Assembly (NCBI RefSeq): GCF_003355455.1 | Contig: NZ_CP031357.1 | Span: 2,002,489 to 2,026,488, forward strand | Direction: 5' to 3' | Source of the DNA: Erythrobacter aureus | Lineage (GTDB): Bacteria > Pseudomonadota > Alphaproteobacteria > Sphingomonadales > Sphingomonadaceae | Length of the DNA stretch: 24,000 bases | Shown: positions 13,989-22,754 of the stretch, in pieces | Position numbering within the stretch: position 1 is the stretch's first letter | How the letters are laid out: every line of letters starts with the position of its first letter | Translations under genes and position numbers: made by a program | Notes under the pieces: generated by a model | Databases searched by the model: none | What the model was told of the DNA's origin: nothing | What the model saw: only the letters and a program-made list of their open reading frames with translations

Positions 13989-15848
13989 GTGACCGGGTTC
14001 CTGATCCTCGCCTTCCTCATCCTCATCGCAGGTGTAGTCGCCGTTCCGCTGGCGAGCCGGTTCGGGCTCGGCTCGGTGCTCGGCTATTTGCTTGCGGGCA
14101 TGGCGATCAGCCCACTGCTTGCCTCGCTCAATGTCGATGTCGACGCGTTGCAGGTCTTCGCCGAATTCGGCGTGGTGATGATGCTGTTCATCATCGGCCT
14201 CGAAATGGAACCCAGGCGGCTGTGGGCGATGCGCGGCAAGCTGGCCGGGCTCGGCGGCGGTCAGGTTTTGCTGACCACTCTGGTCATTACCGGTATTGCC
14301 CTGATCGATCGCCAGCCTTGGCAGACGGCGCTCGCGATCGGAATGGTGCTCGCACTCAGCTCGACCGCCATCATCGTCCAGACACTGACTGAAAAGGGGC
14401 TGCTCAAGACCGAGGGCGGCGAGGCCAGTTTCTCGGTGCTGCTGGTGCAAGACGTCGCCGTGATCCCGATTCTGGCACTGCTGCCGCTGCTGGCACTGCC
14501 CGACCTCGCGGCGGGGACGGTGGCCCATGGTGGGGGCGGCGCGCATGGCGGCATCGACCTCACCGCGCGCATGTCCGGATGGCTGGCAGGCGTCACCAGA
14601 ATCGGCGCTGTTGCGACGGTGATCGCCATTGGAATCTATGCGATCCGGCCACTGTTCCGTTACATCGCCAAGGCCAATCTGCGCGAACTGTTCACGGCCG
14701 CCGCGCTGATGGTCGTTATCGGCATCGCGCTGCTGATGTCGCTTGTCGGACTATCGCCTGCGCTGGGCGCTTTCGTCGCGGGCGTGGTGCTCGCAACCAG
14801 CGAATACCGCCACGAATTGGAAAGCGATATCAACCCGTTCAAGGGCCTGCTGCTCGGACTGTTCTTCATCACGGTCGGCGCGGGGATCGACTTCGTGCTG
14901 GCCAGCACCATCTGGCAATCGGTGGTCTTCTGGGCGGCTGTGACGATCGCGGCGAAGATGGCGGTGCTGCTGACTATCGGCTGGCTCTACGGCCTGCGCC
15001 GCCAGGCACTGTGGCTATTTTGCCTGAGCCTGCCCCAGGCAGGGGAATTCGCCTTCGTGCTGATCGCCTTTGCAGTCGGCAATGCGGTGTTCGACCAGGC
15101 CTTCGCCGATCAATTGCTGCTGATCGTGGCGTTGACCATGTTGGCCACACCGCTGCTCTTCATCCTATACGACAAGCTGATCGCGCATGCCTATTGCACC
15201 AGCCAGGCCCTCGACGAGGCCGACACCATCGATGAGGAGAACCCGATTATCATCGCCGGACGAGGGCGTGTAGGCGGGATCGTCGATCGCATGCTCGATG
15301 CCGCGGGACACCGCGCGACGGTCATCGATTACAACAGCCAGCACCTCGAAAACCTAAAGAAATTCGGCATAACAACCTATTACGGCGATGCGACGCGCCC
15401 CGATCTGCTGGCAAGCGCCGGGATCGAGCGGGCGCGCATCCTGGTGGTCGCGCTGGACGAGCGCCAGCAGATCGACAAGCTGGTCCGCTATGCCTGCGAA
15501 GCCTTTCCGAATTTGCATGTGGTGGCTCGCGCGAAAGATCGCGACCATGTCTATCACCTATGGGCCATGGGGTGCCGGGACATCGTTCGCGAGACCTACG
15601 ACAGCGCGCTGCGCATGGGCCGCTCGGTCTACGAGGCGCTGGGCCATGACCGCCAAGCCGCGACTGCGATGGTGGAGGCATTCGAGGAAATGGATCGCAC
15701 ATCCATGCGCGAAGTCGCCGATGCCTATCGACTCGACATTCCGCCTTATGAAAACGAGGAGCTCCTGGCCAAGATCAGGGAACTGAAGGCCGAATGGGAC
15801 CCGAAATTGCGCGACGCGATGGACGAAATCGCAGGGAGGGGAAAGTGA
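13989..15848 (+). CDS. Monovalent cation:proton antiporter-2 (CPA2) family protein, KefB/KefC-like with C-terminal RCK/TrkA-N domain
   Basis: 619 aa. Multi-TM Na_H exchanger region (LGSVLGYLLAGMAISP, EFGVVMMLFIIGLE) followed by the Rossmann motif IIIAGRGRVGG. GTG start with ggggaggg SD upstream. Confidence 0.9.
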   Translation: MTGFLILAFLILIAGVVAVPLASRFGLGSVLGYLLAGMAISPLLASLNVDVDALQVFAEFGVVMMLFIIGLEMEPRRLWAMRGKLAGLGGGQVLLTTLVITGIALIDRQPWQTALAIGMVLALSSTAIIVQTLTEKGLLKTEGGEASFSVLLVQDVAVIPILALLPLLALPDLAAGTVAHGGGGAHGGIDLTARMSGWLAGVTRIGAVATVIAIGIYAIRPLFRYIAKANLRELFTAAALMVVIGIALLMSLVGLSPALGAFVAGVVLATSEYRHELESDINPFKGLLLGLFFITVGAGIDFVLASTIWQSVVFWAAVTIAAKMAVLLTIGWLYGLRRQALWLFCLSLPQAGEFAFVLIAFAVGNAVFDQAFADQLLLIVALTMLATPLLFILYDKLIAHAYCTSQALDEADTIDEENPIIIAGRGRVGGIVDRMLDAAGHRATVIDYNSQHLENLKKFGITTYYGDATRPDLLASAGIERARILVVALDERQQIDKLVRYACEAFPNLHVVARAKDRDHVYHLWAMGCRDIVRETYDSALRMGRSVYEALGHDRQAATAMVEAFEEMDRTSMREVADAYRLDIPPYENEELLAKIRELKAEWDPKLRDAMDEIAGRGK

Positions 15849-16018
15849 TACGTACCCTGCCACGGTAAGACCAAGGGGTCGCACGCCGCCATGGTATCCG
15901 ATGTCGCTTTGGCGGCGCGGTTGTGAAACCTGCCTTTGATCTCACTGCCAGGGCGCCTTGCCGCCATGTCTGGACATGATAGCATCGACCGGCGTTTACC
16001 GAACGAAGGAGTAAACGC

Positions 16019-16201
16019 ATGGAATACGAGATCGACGATGATCCGCAGGATAGCGATTGCATATCCGAAGGTCAGCGCGATGGCGGCCTGATCGAAGACC
16101 ATATCGCGCTTCGAAATCAATCGAGCGTCCAGCCGAGAGACTATCCCTCTGCCGACCGGGAGGACCAATCGGTCGGAAGAGCACCGCCTCGCGGCGAATA
16201 G
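16019..16201 (+). CDS. Hypothetical small acidic protein (60 aa); coding status uncertain
   Basis: The ATG is preceded by a strong SD, AAGGAG, with 7-nt spacing. The SD sits in the loop of an 8-bp hairpin (15992-16018). I recognise no homology, G/C-ending codon use looks lower than in neighbouring genes, and the stop is 1 nt from the tRNA-Ser 3' end. Confidence 0.2.
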   Translation: MEYEIDDDPQDSDCISEGQRDGGLIEDHIALRNQSSVQPRDYPSADREDQSVGRAPPRGE

Positions 16202-16202
16202 C

Positions 16203-16292
16203 TGGCGGAGAGGGTGGGATTCGAACCCACGAAGGGCTTGCACCCTTGCCGGTTTTCAAGACCGGTGCATTCAACCGCTCTGCCACCTCTCC
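16203..16292 (-). tRNA. tRNA-Ser (anticodon UGA), class II with long variable arm, CCA encoded
   Basis: The reverse complement reads GGAGAGG-UG-GCA-GAGCGGUUGAA-UGC-A-CCGGU-CUUGAAA-ACCGG-CAAGGGUGCAAGCCCUUC-GUGGG-UUCGAAU-CCCAC-CCUCUCC-G-CCA. It folds by hand into a full cloverleaf. Confidence 0.97.
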
Positions 16293-16305
16293 GCGAGCGC
16301 GGCGC

Positions 16306-16334
16306 TAGCTACCCACATAGAGTGTATTTGTCAC
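16306..16334 (-). promoter_or_regulatory. Candidate sigma70-type promoter for tRNA-Ser (GTGACA-N17-TAGCTA on the minus strand)
   Basis: The minus-strand sequence cgGTGACAaatacactctatgtgggTAGCTAgcgccgcgctcgc runs directly into the tRNA 5' end. This is a hexamer and spacing match only, and the -10 is weak. Confidence 0.3.
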
Positions 16335-16416
16335 GCCCCGAGGAAGTTCGATGGATAGTTTTTCGTAAACGGTGAATGACACTTGCCGTTAAGCTTCCCT
16401 CTGCGACAATGAACGT

Positions 16417-17439
16417 ATGATTTTTCGCCGCTTTCTTGTCGCCCTCGGGGCCATCGCCCTCTCGCTTCCTTCCGTCCCCGCGCAAGCGCAGGAGGATCTC
16501 GGCTTCGACGCCTATCTGCAGCTTTTGATTGCACGGGCACGCGCCGAGGGAGTCAGCGAAAGTACGCTCGCCCGGATGACCGCGGGTCTGGAGCCGAATT
16601 ATCGAGTCATCGAATTGGATCGCAACCAGCCCGGCGCGCCGACCAGCACCGGCTATCCGCCGTTGGCGCCCTACATAGCGAGGCACGTCGATAGTGCTCG
16701 TATCATGGGTGGCCGCAGAGCGTATTCCCAGTATTCGGGCACCATCCGTTCTATCGAGCGGCAATACGGCGTTCCGGGAGAGATACTCGTGGCAATCTGG
16801 GGGCACGAAACCGCCTATGGTGCAGTCAAGGGCGGCTTCGATCTGTCGCGGGCTCTGGCGACCATGGCGTGGGAAGGGCGTCGCCGCGATCTGTTCGCCA
16901 GCGAATGGGTCGCGCTGATGAAGGTTGCCGACAAAGGCTATTCCCGCAGCGAGCTCAAGGGCAGTTGGGCGGGCGCGTTCGGCAATCCGCAGTTTCTGCC
17001 CTCCGTCTACCTTCGCCTCGCGGCCGACGGGAACGGCGACGGCCGCGCGGATATCATGAATAGCGGCGCTGACGCCCTTGCATCCATCGCCAACTATTTC
17101 CGCGATGCCGGTTGGCGCAGCGGCCAGCCTTGGGGTGTGCGAGCATACATCCCCTCCAATTTCGATGTCGCTTCCCACCGCACCGAGATTGTCGCTCCGG
17201 TTTGCGCCAGGGTGCATGAGCGCCACAGCGTCTACAAGACCGTTCGAGAATGGCGTGAACTGGGCATTCAACCCCAAGGTGCGATCGGTGACGATCTGCT
17301 TGTGACGCTCTTTCAGCCCGATGGCCCCGGAACATCCGCTTGGCTGTTAACGTCGAATTATCGGGTCATTCTCGAATATAACTGCTCGAATTATTACGCC
17401 ATGAGTGTGGGATTGCTGGCCGATGAAATTGGAAACTAG
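16417..17439 (+). CDS. mltB: Lytic murein transglycosylase (MltB/SLT_2 family)
   Basis: Signal peptide MIFRRFLVALGAIALSLPSVPAQA. Motifs YGVPGEILVAIWGHETAYG (catalytic Glu context), GAFGNPQFLPSVY and YNCSNYYAMSV are typical of MltB-like enzymes. Confidence 0.9.
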   Translation: MIFRRFLVALGAIALSLPSVPAQAQEDLGFDAYLQLLIARARAEGVSESTLARMTAGLEPNYRVIELDRNQPGAPTSTGYPPLAPYIARHVDSARIMGGRRAYSQYSGTIRSIERQYGVPGEILVAIWGHETAYGAVKGGFDLSRALATMAWEGRRRDLFASEWVALMKVADKGYSRSELKGSWAGAFGNPQFLPSVYLRLAADGNGDGRADIMNSGADALASIANYFRDAGWRSGQPWGVRAYIPSNFDVASHRTEIVAPVCARVHERHSVYKTVREWRELGIQPQGAIGDDLLVTLFQPDGPGTSAWLLTSNYRVILEYNCSNYYAMSVGLLADEIGN

Positions 17440-18421
17440 GATCCTTGGCGCCGCACTGGCCGGGCTAAGCTCTTTCGGCCTGGGTGCTTGCGCCAGCATC
17501 GCGCAGGACGCACCGGCACCTGCAGCACGGCCTATCGGCAACGGACCTTCGGCCGATTATCCGATCGTCATTGGCGATCCTTTCACCATAGACGGTGTGA
17601 CCTATACACCGCTCGACACGATGAATTACGATCAGGTCGGATATGTCACGGTGGACGAATCCGGTACGAAAGGCATTACCGGCGCGCACCGCACGCTCCC
17701 CTTGCCAAGCTATGTCGAAGTGACTGCTCTCGATACGGGAAGAACGATCCTGGTGCGGGTCGAGCGGCGTGGTCCGATGACCAATGAACGCCTGCTGTCA
17801 TTGTCGGCTAATGCCTTGGGTCAATTGGGTGCGGAGGAGGGGGCTCCGATACGGGTCCGCCGAGTCAATCCTCCCGAAGAACATCGCGCGGAATTGCGTG
17901 CCGGGCGCGAAGCGCCATTGCGCATGGATACCCCGCAGGGCCTGCTCGAAGTGCTCAAACGCCGCTTGCCCGAACGCGGTTCCGCCCCTCTGGGGGATAC
18001 CCGGCAGGCGCCGGTGAGCGGCGCGGTGCCCGTCCCGGATATCGCAACAGTCGATCCCGATGAGGAGGCTGTCATGCCATCGCCCACGCAAGAAACCGAC
18101 GCTAGTGACGAGGCCCAACCCGCCCCGCGAAACGACGCGCTGCGCCCACAATTGCCCATGGCGGTTGAGGGTGGCCCCACACCCGCGCCGGTCATGGTGG
18201 AGACGTCCGAAGATGGGAAATTCGCGGTGCAACTGGGTGCCTTTTCAGTGCGATCCAATGCCGATAGCCTGGCCAGGCGGGTTCAGGGCTATCTCGAAAC
18301 GAGCGGCAATCTAACTCTCGTCCGTGTCGGGCCATTCGCAACCCGTGGACAGGCAGCGCAGGCGCTCGCCATGCTGCGAGAGCGGGGCTATAGCGACGCC
18401 GAAATTCGTTTACTCGACTGA
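17423..18421 (+). CDS. rlpA: Septal ring lytic transglycosylase RlpA family lipoprotein (DPBB domain plus C-terminal SPOR domain)
   Basis: MKLETRILGAALAGLSSFGLGAC has a lipobox. DPBB core AHRTLPLPSYVEVTALDTGRTILVRVERRGPM, then a Pro/Ala/Glu-rich linker, then the SPOR domain FAVQLGAFSVRSNADSLARRV...LVRVGPFATRGQAAQAL. The start at 17423 overlaps the mltB end by 17 nt. Confidence 0.88.
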   Translation: MKLETRILGAALAGLSSFGLGACASIAQDAPAPAARPIGNGPSADYPIVIGDPFTIDGVTYTPLDTMNYDQVGYVTVDESGTKGITGAHRTLPLPSYVEVTALDTGRTILVRVERRGPMTNERLLSLSANALGQLGAEEGAPIRVRRVNPPEEHRAELRAGREAPLRMDTPQGLLEVLKRRLPERGSAPLGDTRQAPVSGAVPVPDIATVDPDEEAVMPSPTQETDASDEAQPAPRNDALRPQLPMAVEGGPTPAPVMVETSEDGKFAVQLGAFSVRSNADSLARRVQGYLETSGNLTLVRVGPFATRGQAAQALAMLRERGYSDAEIRLLD

Positions 18422-18459
18422 CACGGCCGTGGCGCTTGCCTCGGCGAGAGGGAGCCCAT

Positions 18460-19620
18460 TTGAGTTATCGTCTGACTTCGCTCGCCGTTCTGGCAACGGT
18501 TTTGGTCGCCGCACCACTGGGAGCGAGGGATAACCCTGGTCCCGCCATACCCAGCGTGGAAGACGCGCCGATCGCTTACCTCCTCGACTCGTCGAGCGGA
18601 CAAGTCCTCTTCGAACGGGATATCGACCGTCGCTTCATGCCGGCATCGATCACCAAGGTGATGACCACTTTCCTGGCATTCGAGTGGATGGAGGAGGGGC
18701 GGCTTTTCCCCCAGCAGGTTTTTGGAATCAGACCTGAAACGTTCCGCCAATGGAGCCGCAAGGGATCCACCATGTTCCTGTCGGCGGACGCGCGCGTTAC
18801 GGTCGACGATCTGCTGCATGGGGTCACTACCGTTTCGGCCAATGATGGCGCCGTCGTTCTGGCGGAAGGAGCCGCCGGATCGGTGGAAGATTGGGTCGCC
18901 GCGATGAACGCCAAGGCCCGCGAGATAGGCATGGCAGACAGCCGGTTCGGCAATCCCAACGGGTGGATGGATGAAGGCAGGACCTTTGTCACCGCCCGCG
19001 ATCTGGGAACGCTGGCGCAGGCAATGGTGACCCGCCATCCTTCGAAATATCGCCATTTCGTTGGTGCCAGGGAATTCGAATATAACGGTATTACGCAAAG
19101 CAACCACGATCCGATTTCGGGCGTGGTAAGAGGTGCGGACGGTATCAAGACCGGTTTCACCAATCAGGCCGGGTTCGGTTTCCTGGGCTCGGCACAACGC
19201 GACGGGAGGCGCCTGATCATGGTCGTTGCCGGCAGTCCAGGCGGGCGTGTCCGGGCGTATGCCTCCCGTTCCCTTGTTGAATGGGGTTTTGAGGCGTTCG
19301 ACAGTCGGACGCTTATCGATCCTGACGAACGGGTGGCAAGCGCCCGTGTGCAAGGTGGAGGCGCATCCGAGGTCGGCTTGACGACGCCGCGAGGCATACG
19401 GGTATCCGTACCGAAGGGCAGAGAGCCGCAAATTTCACTCTCGGTCCGCTATGAAGGGCCGTTGCGCGCGCCGATCGCCAAGGGCGAACATGTTGCCGAA
19501 CTTCTCGTCACCGTGACGGGCATGCCGAGTTACCGCGTCCCGCTTGTAGCCCGAGAGGAGGTTCTCGAGGCGACGGTGATTCAAAGGGTATTCAATGCCT
19601 TCAGGAGCTGGCTTACCTGA
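18460..19620 (+). CDS. D-alanyl-D-alanine carboxypeptidase (peptidase S11, PBP5/6-like)
   Basis: The three penicillin-binding-protein motifs are present: ASITKVMT (SxxK), SANDGA (SxN) and KTGFT (KTG). Signal-like N-terminus LSYRLTSLAVLATVLVAAPLGA. TTG 18460 with gagggag SD 5 nt upstream is preferred. TTG 18436 is an alternative. Confidence 0.9.
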   Translation: MSYRLTSLAVLATVLVAAPLGARDNPGPAIPSVEDAPIAYLLDSSSGQVLFERDIDRRFMPASITKVMTTFLAFEWMEEGRLFPQQVFGIRPETFRQWSRKGSTMFLSADARVTVDDLLHGVTTVSANDGAVVLAEGAAGSVEDWVAAMNAKAREIGMADSRFGNPNGWMDEGRTFVTARDLGTLAQAMVTRHPSKYRHFVGAREFEYNGITQSNHDPISGVVRGADGIKTGFTNQAGFGFLGSAQRDGRRLIMVVAGSPGGRVRAYASRSLVEWGFEAFDSRTLIDPDERVASARVQGGGASEVGLTTPRGIRVSVPKGREPQISLSVRYEGPLRAPIAKGEHVAELLVTVTGMPSYRVPLVAREEVLEATVIQRVFNAFRSWLT

Positions 19621-20252
19621 TGCCGGGCCGTTTCATCGCATTCGAGGGTGGCGAAGGCATGGGCAAGTCGACCCAGGCTCGCTTGTTGGCCGAATTTCTG
19701 CGTGGAGAAGGCCGTTCGGTTGAATTGACGCGCGAGCCGGGCGGAACACCCGGTGCGGAAGCGATCAGAGAGCTGCTCCTTTCGCCACCCGGGGAGGGCT
19801 GGACTCTCGGAGCGGAGGCGCTGCTTTTCGCTGCCGCGCGGGCCGATCACGTTGCCCGCAAAATTCGCCCCGCGATCGAGGCCGGCGACTGGGTGATCTG
19901 CGACCGCTTCCTCGATTCCAGTCGCGCCTATCAGGGCCGAGCGGGCGGGATGGGCGATGATCGTGTGAGGACTTTGCACGAGATAGGCAGCGGCGGATTG
20001 GTGCCGGATGTCACAGTCGTCATCGACGCGCCCATTGGCGATGTCGCCGCGCGTCTCGTCAATCGCGACGGAGAGGAAAGCGATGCGATCGGCGGGAGAG
20101 CAGCCGAGTATCACGCATCCGTAAACGCTGCCTTTCTGGAATTCGCGCGGGCCGAGCCGGATCGATTCGCTATCGTCGATGGCAGGGGGTCCGTCGAGGA
20201 GGTGCACGAAAAGGTCCTCGATGCGCTGTCACGCTTTTTGGGAACCCCCTGA
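19620..20252 (+). CDS. tmk: Thymidylate kinase
   Basis: GRFIAFEGGEGMGKSTQARLLAEFL (P-loop), TREPGGT, and a DRF...SSRAYQG lid region. The ATG shares 1 nt with the upstream TGA. Confidence 0.93.
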   Translation: MPGRFIAFEGGEGMGKSTQARLLAEFLRGEGRSVELTREPGGTPGAEAIRELLLSPPGEGWTLGAEALLFAAARADHVARKIRPAIEAGDWVICDRFLDSSRAYQGRAGGMGDDRVRTLHEIGSGGLVPDVTVVIDAPIGDVAARLVNRDGEESDAIGGRAAEYHASVNAAFLEFARAEPDRFAIVDGRGSVEEVHEKVLDALSRFLGTP

Positions 20253-21202
20253 TGCTGCTTGGCCATGAAACCGCCTGGCGCGAGTGGCACGAGGCGCTGG
20301 CAGGGGAAAGGATGCACCATGCCTGGTTGCTGGCGGGGCGCCGCGGCGTCGGTAAGGGCAGCTTTGCCCTGGCGGCCGCGCGCGAACTCGTCGGAGCGGA
20401 TCAAACCGAGGCCCAGCACCACCCGGACATCCATGTGCTCACATATGCTCCCAAGGACGACAAGGAAGAGCGCAAGCGCGCCGATGGTAAACCTTACGAA
20501 TTGGCCCGAAGCATCCGCATCGCACAGATCCGAGCCATGCAAAGCAGGCTGAGTACGCGGCCGACAATGGGCGACAGGCGTGCCATCATCGTCGACCCGG
20601 CCGACGATCTCGAGCGCAACGCCGCCAATGCTTTGCTCAAAAGTCTGGAGGAACCACCAGTGGGGACATATTTCCTCCTGGTTTCCCACAGCCCGGCCCG
20701 GCTATTGCCCACTATCCGCTCGCGCTGCCGTGTATTGCGCTTCCCGACCGTATCCGAAGCGCAAATGGACCTTCTATTACGCGATCTGGCGCCGGATGCG
20801 GATGACGCAACCCGGGCGGCAGCCATTGCGGCGGCTGCGGGGTCTCCGGGGGCCGCTCGGCAATTCGTCGACATGGAACTGGGCAAGGTCGCGCAGGCCA
20901 TGGGGAACATCCTCGACCGGGGAGATCCCGATTTTCACCTCCGGGGCACGCTGGCCGGGTTGATCGGCGCCCGTCCGGACCGCGAACGCATCCGCGCCGT
21001 CCTGGAACTTGCGCGATCGGTGGTGGCGCAGCGTCTCGAGGCTTCGCTGGACAATCCGCACAGGATAATCGACGCGCATAGCGAGCTGGTACGCCTGAGC
21101 GGCGAGCAGCCGACCTACAATTTCGACGCCGGGCTTCTGGCGATGGAAATCGGCACCTTGCTCGCGAAGGCCGCTGCGGCTAGCGAGCGGGCCGATGGCT
21201 GA
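20252..21202 (+). CDS. holB: DNA polymerase III subunit delta'
   Basis: HHAWLLAGRRGVGKGSFALAAAREL, NALLKSLEEPP and LLPTIRSRC motifs. The ATG shares 1 nt with the tmk TGA. tmk-holB-metG synteny is conserved. Confidence 0.9.
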   Translation: MLLGHETAWREWHEALAGERMHHAWLLAGRRGVGKGSFALAAARELVGADQTEAQHHPDIHVLTYAPKDDKEERKRADGKPYELARSIRIAQIRAMQSRLSTRPTMGDRRAIIVDPADDLERNAANALLKSLEEPPVGTYFLLVSHSPARLLPTIRSRCRVLRFPTVSEAQMDLLLRDLAPDADDATRAAAIAAAAGSPGAARQFVDMELGKVAQAMGNILDRGDPDFHLRGTLAGLIGARPDRERIRAVLELARSVVAQRLEASLDNPHRIIDAHSELVRLSGEQPTYNFDAGLLAMEIGTLLAKAAAASERADG

Positions 21203-22754
21203 ACCTTATTACCTTACCACCGCGATCCACTATCCCAATGGCAGGCCGCATATCGGCCATGCCTATGAAACGATCGCGGCCGATGTAATCGCCCGCTTCC
21301 AGCGCCTTCGCGGGCGCGAGGTCCGTTTTCAGACCGGCACCGACGAGCATGGGTTGAAAATGGCCCAGAAAGCGCGCGACATGGGCAAGACGCCGCGTGA
21401 GCTCGCGGATGAAATGTCGGGCTATTTCAGGGAGCTGTTCGATGTCTTGAATATCTCCTACGATCGTTTCATCCGCACGACCGATGCCGATCACCATCGT
21501 GCCAGTCAGGCGATCTGGCAAGCGATGGAGGCAAAGGGAGATCTCTATCTCGATCGCTATGAGGGGTGGTACTCGGTCCGCGACGAGGCTTATTACGACG
21601 AGAAAGAGCTTGTCGAAGGGGAGGGGGGCGAAAAGCTCTCACCGCAAGGCACGCCGGTCGAGTGGACCGAGGAAGAGACGTGGTTCTTCCGACTGTCGCG
21701 ATATGCCGAACCGCTGCTCGAATTGCTCAAAACGCCCGGTTTTCTCGAACCGGCAAGCCGACGCAACGAAATGGTCGCGTTTGTCGAACGCGGTTTGCAG
21801 GATCTGTCGGTTAGCCGGACGAGTTTCGACTGGGGTGTCAAGGTCCCGAACAGCGACGGTCACGTCATGTATGTCTGGGTCGATGCGCTGACCAATTACA
21901 TCACCGGCGTCGGCTATCCCGACGGCGGCGAATTGTGGGAAAAGTTCTGGCCGGCCGATCTGCATCTGATCGGCAAAGACATCGTTCGCTTCCACACGAT
22001 TTACTGGCCCGCCTTCCTGATGAGCGCCGATCTACCGCTGCCCAAAAAGGTTTTCGGTCATGGCTTCCTGCTCAATCGCGGCGTCAAGGAATCGAAATCG
22101 CTGGGCAATGTCACCGACCCGATGGAGCTGGCGGAAAAGTTCGGGGTTGATGCGCTGCGCTATTTCCTACTGGCCGAGGTGACCTTCGGACAGGATGGTA
22201 GCTATTCGGCAGAAGCACTTGTAAATAAAGTAAATGCAGAGTTGGCTAATAGCTTTGGCAACCTCGCGCAGCGCACGCTATCGATGATCGCCAAGAATAT
22301 GGATGGCGTATTGGAAGTTTTCGAGCCGTCGGACGACGACAAGGTTTTGCTTGCCAAGGTCCGCGAGGTCTGCGCCGACATCCTGCCGCGCGAATTCGAG
22401 CAACTCGCGTTTTCCATCGGGATCGAAGCCTGGCTCAAGGCGGTCTACGCCTGCAATGCCTATGTCGACGAACAGGCGCCTTGGGCCCTCAAGAAAACCG
22501 ATCCGGAGCGGATGAAGGCCGTGCTTCAGACGCTTTTCATGGCGATCAGGGATCTTGCCATCGCTATTCAGCCCGTAGTGCCGGAGAAGGCCGCTGCGGT
22601 GCTCGACCAGCTTGGCGTTCCGGCGGAGAAGCGGGCTTACGCCGATCTCGCGGACGATGGTTGGTTCCGCGCGCTCGCTGGTGCCGGGCACTCGATCGGC
22701 AAGCCCACACCGGTCTTTCCGCGCCTCGAACTGCCGGAAGAAGAGCCCGCCTGA
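21195..22754 (+). CDS. metG: Methionine--tRNA ligase (short form, no C-terminal tRNA-binding appendix)
   Basis: YYLTTAIHYPNGRPHIGHAYE (HIGH region), WFFRLS, DIVRFHTIYWPAFLM, VKESKSLGN (KMSKS region), and an anticodon-binding helical domain. The start overlaps holB by 8 nt. Confidence 0.95.
   Translation: MAEPYYLTTAIHYPNGRPHIGHAYETIAADVIARFQRLRGREVRFQTGTDEHGLKMAQKARDMGKTPRELADEMSGYFRELFDVLNISYDRFIRTTDADHHRASQAIWQAMEAKGDLYLDRYEGWYSVRDEAYYDEKELVEGEGGEKLSPQGTPVEWTEEETWFFRLSRYAEPLLELLKTPGFLEPASRRNEMVAFVERGLQDLSVSRTSFDWGVKVPNSDGHVMYVWVDALTNYITGVGYPDGGELWEKFWPADLHLIGKDIVRFHTIYWPAFLMSADLPLPKKVFGHGFLLNRGVKESKSLGNVTDPMELAEKFGVDALRYFLLAEVTFGQDGSYSAEALVNKVNAELANSFGNLAQRTLSMIAKNMDGVLEVFEPSDDDKVLLAKVREVCADILPREFEQLAFSIGIEAWLKAVYACNAYVDEQAPWALKKTDPERMKAVLQTLFMAIRDLAIAIQPVVPEKAAAVLDQLGVPAEKRAYADLADDGWFRALAGAGHSIGKPTPVFPRLELPEEEPA

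Noticed and set aside
15746-16243. 165-aa minus-strand ORF running from inside tRNA-Ser into the antiporter gene
   Set aside because: It starts within the tRNA gene and ends 103 nt inside the convergent antiporter CDS. Only the short internal hydrophobic segment is noted, under the 15849-16202 finding.
15849-16416. tRNA-Ser as a possible genomic-island integration site
   Set aside because: No integrase, excisionase or phage/IS gene flanks the tRNA on either side. I saw no direct repeat of the tRNA 3' half in the window. The neighbours are conserved housekeeping genes. A whole-genome repeat search would be needed to exclude a distant att site.
16309-17277. 322-aa minus-strand ORF opposite the mltB-like gene. 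The same reasoning applies to 18388-19431 opposite the carboxypeptidase, 4945-5868 opposite proS and 1310-2095 opposite the MFS gene.
   Set aside because: All are antisense shadows of genes carrying diagnostic active-site motifs. None has an SD or a recognisable domain.
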